This document shows, piece by piece, positions 36,847 through 43,639 of a stretch of 43,639 bases of DNA. The stretch covers positions 11,249-54,887 of the forward strand of contig DAORUI010000001.1 of NCBI GenBank assembly GCA_035433085.1, given 5' to 3'. A program made the position numbers and the translations under genes. Positions within the stretch are counted from its first letter, which is position 1. Every line of letters begins with the position of its first letter. The notes under the pieces were generated by a model. The model made no database searches and was not told the origin of the DNA. It saw only the letters and a program-made list of their open reading frames with translations. This stretch comes from Propionicimonas sp. (lineage in GTDB: Bacteria > Actinomycetota > Actinomycetes > Propionibacteriales > Propionibacteriaceae).

Positions 36847-38339
36847 GTCGTTCCTCCATCAGTCTCGCTCGACCGATCGGCCTGGCTAGCTCCACCGGCC
36901 TCGCCCAGCCAATCGGCTGGTCGAGCCTCACTCACGACATCGGCTGGTCGAGCTTGTCGAGACCGCGGTCCACCGCCGGACGGCCCCTCGAGCTCACTCA
37001 CCACATCGGCTGGTCGAGCCTGTCGAGACCCCCCGCCGCCGGACGGCACCTCGAGCTCACTCACCACATCGGCTGGTCGAGCTTGTCGAGACCGCGGTCC
37101 ACCGCTGAATTGAGGCTCGGACCGCCCTTCGACAGGCTCAGGGAGCGTTTGGGTTGGCTCAGGGAGCGTTTGGGTTGGTTCAGGAATCGTTTGGGCTGGC
37201 TCGGGGAGCGTTTGGGTTGGCTCAGCGAGCGTGTGGGTTGGCTCAGGGAGGGCTACCTCGCGCTCGATCTCGGTCAGCACATCCTGGGCGCGGACGGTGC
37301 CCGCCAGGCGGCCATCCCCAGTCGCCAGGACTCCACGGCGGCTGGGCGCCGAGAGTGCCGCGTCCAGAGCCGCGCGCAGAGAGCCGCCGACCCGGGCGAC
37401 GGTGCCGCCACGGTGCAGGTCGTCGCGTCCGATCGCCCCGCGCAGGAGATTGGGCTGCACCCAACCGGCCGGCGCACCGGCCTCGTCCACCACGAGCAGC
37501 CACTGCTCTTCGGCCGCCACCCGCCGCGCTTCGTCGGCGCTTGCTCCCAGCGGCACCGTGGGTTCAGGGCTGATCGGCAACCGGGGCGCGGCTTGGAACG
37601 CCAGACCCCGATAACCGCGGTCGCGTCCAAGGAAGTCGGCGACGAAGTCGTCGTTCGGATCGGACAGCAGCCGCTCGGGGGTGTCCAACTGAGCCAGCGT
37701 CCCGCCGACCCGCAGCACCGCCACCTGATCGCCCAGCTTGATCGCCTCATCGATGTCGTGGGTGACGAAGACGATGGTCTTGCCCAGTTCGCCCTGAAGC
37801 CGCAGGAACTCGTCCTGCAGCTGTTCGCGCACCACCGGGTCGACCGCGCTGAACGGCTCGTCCATCAGCATCACCGGCGGGTCGGCGGCGAGTGCCCGGG
37901 CCACCCCCACCCGCTGCTGCTGGCCCCCGGAGAGCTGGTTCGGGTAGCGCTTGGCGAGTTCGGGGGCCAGTCCCACCCGCTCGAGGAGTTCGAGCGCGAC
38001 CCCCCGCGCCTTGGCCTTCGGCCAGCCGAGCAGCAGGGGCACCGTGGCGATGTTGTCGACGATCGTACGATGCGGGAACAGCCCGCCGCTCTGGATGACA
38101 TAGCCGATGCCGCGGCGAAGCTCGTTGGCGTCCAGGGTCGCGGTGTCGCGTCCATCGATCGCGATCACACCGGAGGTTGGCTCGATCATCCGGTTGATCA
38201 TCCGCAGCGACGTGGTCTTGCCGCAGCCGGACGGGCCGACCAGCACGGTGATCCGGCCAGTGGGGGCGGTGAGGCTCAGTCCGCCGACCGCCGTGGTTCC
38301 GCCCGGATAGACCTTCGTGACGTCAGTGAAGCTGATCAT
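36843..38339 (-). CDS. OpuCA/ProV-type ABC ATPase with repeat-derived C-terminal tail
   Basis: [27 protein letters not shown], degenerate CBS region; the last ~130 aa are repeats. Confidence 0.92.
   Translation of the reverse strand: MISFTDVTKVYPGGTTAVGGLSLTAPTGRITVLVGPSGCGKTTSLRMINRMIEPTSGVIAIDGRDTATLDANELRRGIGYVIQSGGLFPHRTIVDNIATVPLLLGWPKAKARGVALELLERVGLAPELAKRYPNQLSGGQQQRVGVARALAADPPVMLMDEPFSAVDPVVREQLQDEFLRLQGELGKTIVFVTHDIDEAIKLGDQVAVLRVGGTLAQLDTPERLLSDPNDDFVADFLGRDRGYRGLAFQAAPRLPISPEPTVPLGASADEARRVAAEEQWLLVVDEAGAPAGWVQPNLLRGAIGRDDLHRGGTVARVGGSLRAALDAALSAPSRRGVLATGDGRLAGTVRAQDVLTEIEREVALPEPTHTLAEPTQTLPEPAQTIPEPTQTLPEPTQTLPEPVEGRSEPQFSGGPRSRQARPADVVSELEVPSGGGGSRQARPADVVSELEGPSGGGPRSRQARPADVVSEARPADWLGEAGGASQADRSSETDGGTT
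36912..37250. repeat. In-frame REP array: three 63-66-bp units plus about 5.5 copies of a 21-bp tandem
   Basis: CTCACTCACsACATCGGCTGGTCGAGCyTGTCGAGACC at 36927, 36993, 37056; CCCTTCGACAGGCTCAGGG at 37125; GGCTCAGGGAGCGTTTGGGTT tandem 37135-37250. Confidence 0.92.
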
Positions 38340-39930
38340 GCCTCAGCACCTCCTGGTCGTGATTCGCCACCGGTGCGCGGTACACGGGTGCTCGCATCTC
38401 CGAGAGGTTGTCGCCACGACGCTCCCTGCGCAGCGCCTCGATCACCCACTCGATGACTTCCGCGGTCACCTGGGTCCGTCCGGTCACTTCAATGATCGCG
38501 GTACGGAGTCGCTCCACGGGCCGTCCGAGCTCAGCCGGCTGGCGTTCCTGGTGCACCGAGAGCACGGACGCCGCCAGTAGCGCCTCCACCGCGAGCAGTC
38601 GCTCGACCACGTCCAGGGACGTGTCGGAGGCGCGGACGGACGGGTAGGCCATCGACGAATGGTCCTCGATGCCGTCCCCGACAGTGGTGCCGGTGAGCGA
38701 GATCGGCGCGGCCACGTGCTTGGCCTGGGCCACCAGGGCGGACGCGGTCTGAGCGAGGATCACCGGGGTCACATACCCGGTTGCGGAGGTGACCGCCTGC
38801 ACCTGGTCGACCAGCGAGAGCCCCTGCCGCAATTCCCGCACCAGCAGCGCCACCCGGCGCTCGGCCATCTTCGCCACGTGCGCCAGCCCGATCCGTAGCG
38901 CGTCGAACCGGATCGCCAGGTTGGTGATCGAGAAGTTGCCGTTCGGAATGAAGACCCCGGCTTCGGCGTCGAGAAAGGGGTTGTCCGGCACGCAGTTGAG
39001 CTCGACCACAAGGATGCGCTCCAGCTCGTCCAGTTCGTCCAGCAGCGCGCCATGCACCTGCGGCACGGTGCGCAGCGACACCGCGTCCTGCAACGAAGCG
39101 GACGGACGCAGCCCGCGCGCGAGGTCGCCTTCGGCCAGCGCCGCGCGGATCCGGCGTCCGCTGGCCTGCTGACCGGGATGCGGACGGGCCGCGAGCGCTC
39201 GCGCATCGAACGGGCTGAGGTTGGCGCCGAGCGCCTCGACGGTCAGTGCGGCGACCAGGTCGGCTCCTTCGGCCAGCAGCGTGGCCCGCCGCTGGATGAG
39301 TGCGGCCGAAGCCACCGACAGCGCGTTCGACCCCACCAGGGCGAGACTGTCCTTGGCTGCGAGTTGGACGGGGGCCAGCCCGGCGGCGGCCAGCGCGACC
39401 GCTCCGGGCACGATCTCGTCCCTGCCCGGCAGCCATGCCCGTCCGGAGCCGATCAGCACCTGCCCGATCGCAGCGAGCTGGGAGAGATCGCCGGCGCCCA
39501 CTGAACCCTGATCGGGGATCACCGGCACCACGTCGCGGGCGAGTAGTTCGAACAGCCCGGTGAACAGCGCCTCCGAAGCGCCGGACGCGCCGCTGGCAAG
39601 GGTGTTCAGTCGAGCCAGCAGTGCTGCGCGGCCCTCGGTGCGCGAGAGCGGATCGCCGATCGCTGCCGCGTGGCTCACCAGCACGAAGCGTTGGAAGTCG
39701 GCCATCAGTTCAGCCGGGATCTCGGAGTTCCGCAGCGGACCGAGGCCACGGTTCAGGCCGTAGGTGGGCACACCGGTGGCCAGGGCATCGTCGACGTGGG
39801 CGCGGGCGTCAGCGAGCCGCCGCAACACCGCGGCATCGAGGGCGACCGAGGCGTGCCCGATGGCGACGTCGGCGATGTCTTCGGGGGTCAGTTCGGAGCC
39901 GATACTGACCACGCGGGCGGGCTGGTTCAT
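38323..39930 (-). CDS. Histidine ammonia-lyase-fold enzyme lacking the MIO tripeptide (ergothionase-like trimethylammonia-lyase)
   Basis: YGLNRGLG, GASGAS, GSVGAGDL (HAL: GSVGASGDL), LQDAVSLR..PQVHG, DNP, NGNF, EDH; alternative TTG start at 40155. Confidence 0.8.
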   Translation of the reverse strand: MNQPARVVSIGSELTPEDIADVAIGHASVALDAAVLRRLADARAHVDDALATGVPTYGLNRGLGPLRNSEIPAELMADFQRFVLVSHAAAIGDPLSRTEGRAALLARLNTLASGASGASEALFTGLFELLARDVVPVIPDQGSVGAGDLSQLAAIGQVLIGSGRAWLPGRDEIVPGAVALAAAGLAPVQLAAKDSLALVGSNALSVASAALIQRRATLLAEGADLVAALTVEALGANLSPFDARALAARPHPGQQASGRRIRAALAEGDLARGLRPSASLQDAVSLRTVPQVHGALLDELDELERILVVELNCVPDNPFLDAEAGVFIPNGNFSITNLAIRFDALRIGLAHVAKMAERRVALLVRELRQGLSLVDQVQAVTSATGYVTPVILAQTASALVAQAKHVAAPISLTGTTVGDGIEDHSSMAYPSVRASDTSLDVVERLLAVEALLAASVLSVHQERQPAELGRPVERLRTAIIEVTGRTQVTAEVIEWVIEALRRERRGDNLSEMRAPVYRAPVANHDQEVLRHDQLH

Positions 39931-40017
39931 CCGGCCGCCGGTGGTCGGGCATGACGGCGCCGCCCAGCGTCCGAGCGCCGGCTCACTGTCGGCCGGGAAG
40001 GGCCCTACCGGTCGGCC

Positions 40018-40124
40018 CGGGTCGGTCTCGACAGGCTCGACCAGCCGTGCCGGGTTGGCTGAGGAATCAGCCCGCGGGGTCGGGTCGGTCTCGACAGGCT
40101 CGACCAGCCGCATCGGGTTGGCTG
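40018..40124. repeat. Two REP-containing direct repeats, 63-bp period
   Basis: CGGGTCGGTCTCGACAGGCTCGACCAGCCG-N3-CGGGTTGGCTG at 40018 and 40081. Confidence 0.9.
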
Positions 40125-40151
40125 CGCGGTCGGCAGGGTCGGCGAACGAGT

Positions 40152-41273
40152 TCAACGCTCCTCCCCGACGTACGCAGCAGTACCCGGCTCAAGGGTCGAG
40201 TCGAGGTGTCGCAGAAAGTCGATGCCCATGATCTGCTCGCATTCGGCCAGGCCGACCCGGTCGATGCTCGAACTGGAGACCGGCAGCACGCCCGCCTTGG
40301 CCACCAGCAGCACCACTTCCTGGCCACCGCGGCCTGCGTCCTTGACCGCGAGGCCCTCGCCGGTGGCCTTGTCGAGGATCACGATCGTGTCCGGATAGGT
40401 GGCCACGCGGCCGCCGTCGTTGTCGACGGCCATGTACTCGTTCAGGTAGGGCACGGTGTGGTCGCCGATCCGGAAGACCCCGCGATCCCAGCCGCCGACG
40501 GTCCGCGTCCGCTTCTCGATCCGCAGTGGACCGGCGTCCACCACCTGCGCGCCGAGGCGCTGGGCGACGGCCTCGACCGCGGCGTCAACGTTTCCGGATG
40601 CGTGCGCCGCAGCGAGGTCGCGACCCAGGTCGAGGGCGAGCGAGATCGATCCGTGGGCTCCGTTGGCTTTGACCCACGCCAGTTCGACCGGGTTCCGGGC
40701 GGACGCGATGAAGCCGCCGACTCGCACGGAGATGTCCCGCAGGACGTCGTCGACGGTGTTGAGGTTGCCTCGGTTCACGCTCACGAAGTGCCCGTGCAGT
40801 TCGCGGTTGCCGCCTGCGACCACCTGGATCGACTCGTACCCGTCCCGCTCCCCCAGGCCCAACCCGCCCAGCTTGCCGGTGGGGTGAGCGCGGACATCAC
40901 CGGCGGTGTCGAGCACTCTCACGCCGAGTACGGCCGATTGGATCCAGCCATTCACAGTGGTCGAGTACCCGTTCTGTGCGGTCATCACCGCGCCGATCGG
41001 CACGTCCGCAACCTTGGTGAGCTCCTGCAGGGCATGGACGTAGTCGACCGGACGGATCTCCCAGTCCTTCGCGGCGGGCGCTCCGATCGCCGAGACCGTA
41101 GCCACCCAGGTGTCGTCGGGAAGCTCATCGATCGAAGCCAGGATCGGACGCTCCAGGCTGGTCGCCAAGGAGCCCATCAGCTCGCCGTGGTGCTTCCAGC
41201 CACCCCCGCCACAAGCCAGGACGCCTCCGCCGAGCACTGCGTGCCGGGCGTCCTCGCTGGTCAGTTCTCTCAT
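40152..41273 (-). CDS. DUF917 family protein (thiohydantoin desulfurase-like)
   Basis: AVLGGGVLACGGGG, AIGAP, AQNGYST, GDVRAHPTG, YLNEYMAV, ATYPDTIVILD; ATG overlaps the upstream TGA, SD GAGGAG. Confidence 0.8.
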   Translation of the reverse strand: MRELTSEDARHAVLGGGVLACGGGGWKHHGELMGSLATSLERPILASIDELPDDTWVATVSAIGAPAAKDWEIRPVDYVHALQELTKVADVPIGAVMTAQNGYSTTVNGWIQSAVLGVRVLDTAGDVRAHPTGKLGGLGLGERDGYESIQVVAGGNRELHGHFVSVNRGNLNTVDDVLRDISVRVGGFIASARNPVELAWVKANGAHGSISLALDLGRDLAAAHASGNVDAAVEAVAQRLGAQVVDAGPLRIEKRTRTVGGWDRGVFRIGDHTVPYLNEYMAVDNDGGRVATYPDTIVILDKATGEGLAVKDAGRGGQEVVLLVAKAGVLPVSSSSIDRVGLAECEQIMGIDFLRHLDSTLEPGTAAYVGEER

Positions 41274-43111
41274 CGGTTCTCCTCGATGCTCTGGTTCGGC
41301 TGGTCGATTCTCTGGTTCGGCTGGTCGAGCTTGGCCTGCCCTGAGCCTGTCGAAGGGTCGAGACCACGCGCGGCCGACCGCTGAAGCCACGTGACTGGCG
41401 CGTCCCCGGTCTCGCCACCTGCCGCGACGCTCGCTTCAGCTTCTGGATACCCCGCGGACGCGTGCCGAAGCACCCCCAGGCCGGTGTCCGCGTCCAGTGC
41501 GCGACGGAGGCGGACGACCGTTTCCGGGCGGCCGTCGGCGACGATCGATACCCCGGCTGACTGCATCCAGCCGGAGTAGCCGCCACCGCCGGAGTGGATC
41601 GCGACCAGGTCGGCTCCGGTCGCGGCCAGCAGCAGTCCGTCCAACAGCGGGAAGTCGGTGGACCCGTCCGAACCGTCGCGCATGCCCTCGGTGCCGATCC
41701 GAGGGTGCGTCATCGCCGCGGCGTCGAGGTGGTCGCGGCTGAACAGCACCGGCGCTTCCAGGGATCCGTCGGCGACCAGTTCGTTCACCGCCACCGCGAA
41801 GGCCGAGCGTTCGCCATGGCCCAGCCAGCAGGACCGCGCCGGCAGACCCTGCGCCGGCACGTGCCGCCGGGCGAGATCGATCCACCGCGCGATTTCGGGA
41901 CGCGCCGGGAAGAGCCGGGACGCAAGGTCGTCCAGCACCCGCTGATCCTGTGTCGACCCGGAGAGCGCTACCCAACGGAACGGGCCGATCCCCCGCGCAA
42001 ACAGCGGACGCAGATAGGCCTCCATGAAGCCCGGAATGCGATTGACCTCGTCAGCGGCCGCTTCGCCGAGGTGCTCGACGGCCTGGACACGCAGGTTGTT
42101 GCCGTTCTCGAATACCACCGCGCCGGCGTCGGCCAGCGCCAGCATCGCCCGCACCTGAGCGGCGATGGACGCGCGCGCGTCCGCTTCGACCCCCTCGGGA
42201 TCGCTCTCGCGACGCTGCCGCCATGTGTCGAGGTCGTAGCCCTGCGGCAGGTAGCCGTAGCGGGCGTCGTGGGCGGCGGTCTGGTCGGTGACGATGTCAG
42301 GGACGACCCCGCGACCGGCTATCTCAGCGAAGACATCGGCCGCGTTGGCGATCAGAGCGACGGCGGTCGCGGTCCCGCTCCGGGCTGCGGCGCTGATCGC
42401 GCCCAGGGCGGCGTCGGTATCGGAAGTGACCACATCGAGCGCGCCGGTGGCGGCCAGCCGGTCGGCCTTCGCCTCGTCCACCTCCACGGTCAGCGAGCTC
42501 AGGCCGAGCATTCGGGCGCTGATCGGCTGGGCCGATCCCATGCCGCCGAGTCCAGCGGTGAGCACCCAGCGTCCGTCGAGCGCCGTGCCCTCCGAGCTCG
42601 GGGCGGCGCCGAAGTGCGTCCGCGCGATCGCGCCGAACAGTTCGTAGGTACCTTGCAGCACGCCTTGACGTCCGATGTACTGCCAGGCCGCGGCGGTGAG
42701 CCCGCCCCACATGGTCTGCCCGGCGTCCGCGCGGGCGTAGAAGCGCTCGGCGTCCGACCAACGACCGACGGTGTTGTTGACCGCCGAGAGCACCAGGGGA
42801 GCTTGGGTTCCGGTTTCGATGATCCCGACCGCGGCGCCGGAGGCGAGGACGAGGGTCTGGCGCTCGTCGAGTTCGAGCAGTGCGTGCACGATGGCGTGGG
42901 CGTCCGGCCAGGAGCGGGCGGCCTTGCCGAGCGCGGCGTAGACGATCAGTTCGTCGGGGTTCTCGCCGACTTCGAGGACATTCTCGAACATGCGCAGCAG
43001 GGCCTCCGCACGCCAACTGCGGGCGCGCAGCTGGTTGCCGCGTTGAGCGAGGTAGGTGGTGCCCGGGCCGGCGAGAATAGCCGAGCGAACGGGTGCTCCG
43101 GGGTTGGAAAC
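41270..43111 (-). CDS. Divergent urocanate hydratase homologue (thiourocanate hydratase-like)
   Basis: GKAARSW, YIGRQGVLQGTYE, TAGLGGMGSAQP, VTDQTAAHD, ENGNNLR, GPFRWVALSG, QGLPARSCWLG, SRDHLD; first ATG 42991 but homology extends upstream to a GTT at 43111. Confidence 0.88.
   Translation of the reverse strand, partial: VSNPGAPVRSAILAGPGTTYLAQRGNQLRARSWRAEALLRMFENVLEVGENPDELIVYAALGKAARSWPDAHAIVHALLELDERQTLVLASGAAVGIIETGTQAPLVLSAVNNTVGRWSDAERFYARADAGQTMWGGLTAAAWQYIGRQGVLQGTYELFGAIARTHFGAAPSSEGTALDGRWVLTAGLGGMGSAQPISARMLGLSSLTVEVDEAKADRLAATGALDVVTSDTDAALGAISAAARSGTATAVALIANAADVFAEIAGRGVVPDIVTDQTAAHDARYGYLPQGYDLDTWRQRRESDPEGVEADARASIAAQVRAMLALADAGAVVFENGNNLRVQAVEHLGEAAADEVNRIPGFMEAYLRPLFARGIGPFRWVALSGSTQDQRVLDDLASRLFPARPEIARWIDLARRHVPAQGLPARSCWLGHGERSAFAVAVNELVADGSLEAPVLFSRDHLDAAAMTHPRIGTEGMRDGSDGSTDFPLLDGLLLAATGADLVAIHSGGGGYSGWMQSAGVSIVADGRPETVVRLRRALDADTGLGVLRHASAGYPEAEASVAAGGETGDAPVTWLQRSAARGLDPSTGSGQAKLDQPNQRIDQPNQSIEENR
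41289..41365. repeat. Nested REP (24-bp unit inside another REP) plus 21-bp tandem duplication
   Basis: GGTCGAGCTTG[GCCTGCCCTGAGCCTGTCGAAGGG]TCGAGACC at 41323-41365; CTCTGGTTCGGCTGGTCGA at 41289 and 41310. Confidence 0.88.
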
Positions 43112-43244
43112 GGTGACCTCCGGTGGCTGTTGCCGCTGCTCGTGCAGGAGGATCCTGGTCCGGTCCTGATCAGCGGCGATGGACGATTCAAGGGCTCGAC
43201 CCCGGCGGGTCGGCGTGAGCGCAGTGGCGGTGTGGTTACTTCAG

Positions 43245-43313
43245 CAACACACGGAACAGCGGGCGCCACAACAACACACTGCTCCGCAACACATGCGGCG
43301 ACAACAGTTGTCG
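43245..43313. promoter_or_regulatory. Candidate operator region of the catabolic operon
   Basis: Palindrome CGACAAC-A-GTTGTCG 43299-43313; CAACACA at 43245, 43272, 43287. Confidence 0.4.
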
Positions 43314-43467
43314 TGCACAGCCCACCCCCCTAGTTGAATCGTCAATCGGCGTACCGGGAGCCTAGCACGGCACTACTGCGCTCTCTTCGTAGACGAGCCC
43401 GGGCGAAGGACCCCGACCCGACCCAGAAGCAACCCCCGAGAGTGAACCGCCACCACCGTTCCAGCAC

Positions 43468-43639
43468 AGCGTCCGCGAGAAACAAGCAGCCACCGGTCCC
43501 TGAGGAGCGTCCGTGAGAAACAAGCAGCCACCCTCCTACCGGTCCCTGAGGAGCGTCAGTGAGGACCTAACCCACCCTCCAATCGGTCCCTGAGGAGGTC
43601 GCTCTGCGACCGTCACGAAGGGCCCTCGCCACCCTCCTA
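43468..43639. repeat. REP-like repeat array running to the window end
   Basis: CGGTCCCTGAGGAG three times; AGCGTCCGyGAGAAACAAGCAGCCACC twice; full hairpin CCCTGAGGAGGTCGCTCTGCGACCGTCACGAAGGG 43588-43622. Confidence 0.85.

Noticed and set aside
36927-37093. Possible CRISPR array (38-bp repeats with ~25-28-bp gaps)
   Set aside because: The intervening sequences are near-identical to each other, the array is inside an ORF, and no cas genes are present.
38323-43111. Canonical hutU/hutH histidine utilisation operon
   Set aside because: The lyase lacks Ala-Ser-Gly, the urocanase has WGGLTAAAWQ in place of the usual YGQMTAGSW, hutI/hutG are absent and DUF917 is present.
370-43333. Many long alternative ORFs (for example 370-2478 +, 5945-7240 +, 21689-23614 +, 36954-38456 +, 41594-43333 +)
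   Set aside because: They are antisense or off-frame shadows of well-supported genes in high-GC DNA and have no recognisable motifs.
43468-43639. Possible CRISPR array at the right end
   Set aside because: The period is irregular and the spacers are themselves repeated; it matches the REP family at 1-94.

Overview
High-GC actinobacterial chromosomal segment (gene content suggests Propionibacteriales; this is inference) with about 37 protein-coding genes and no recognisable rRNA, tRNA, CRISPR array or transposase. The left and middle parts are mostly housekeeping: malQ, a TamR-like MarR regulator, MFS, DUF3039, SixA, ahcY, the whiB-GT2-DUF5719-DUF3499-PMM-Trm112-SIS-CDF block, pullulanase, a MarR/ABC exporter pair, an AlkZ-like glycosylase, ychF, an M18 peptidase, rmuC and ilvA. 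Three things stand out. (1) A minus-strand operon at 34.5-43.1 kb encodes a divergent urocanase, a DUF917 protein, an ammonia-lyase homologue lacking the MIO tripeptide and an OpuC-type ABC importer; it looks like ergothioneine/histidine-betaine catabolism rather than hut. (2) A solitary AbiEi-like/DUF559 nuclease gene is bracketed by two near-identical long palindromes and a DnaA-box motif, and a non-coding 117-bp inverted-repeat element 18.6 kb away shares a 13-bp motif with it; this is a candidate nuclease-plus-palindrome mobile system. (3) A family of short REP-like hairpins (core TCGACA[A/G]GCTC) has invaded the catabolic operon in frame, including one copy nested inside another, and related repeats lie at both ends of the window. 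All functional calls come from motif recognition by eye; no searches were run.
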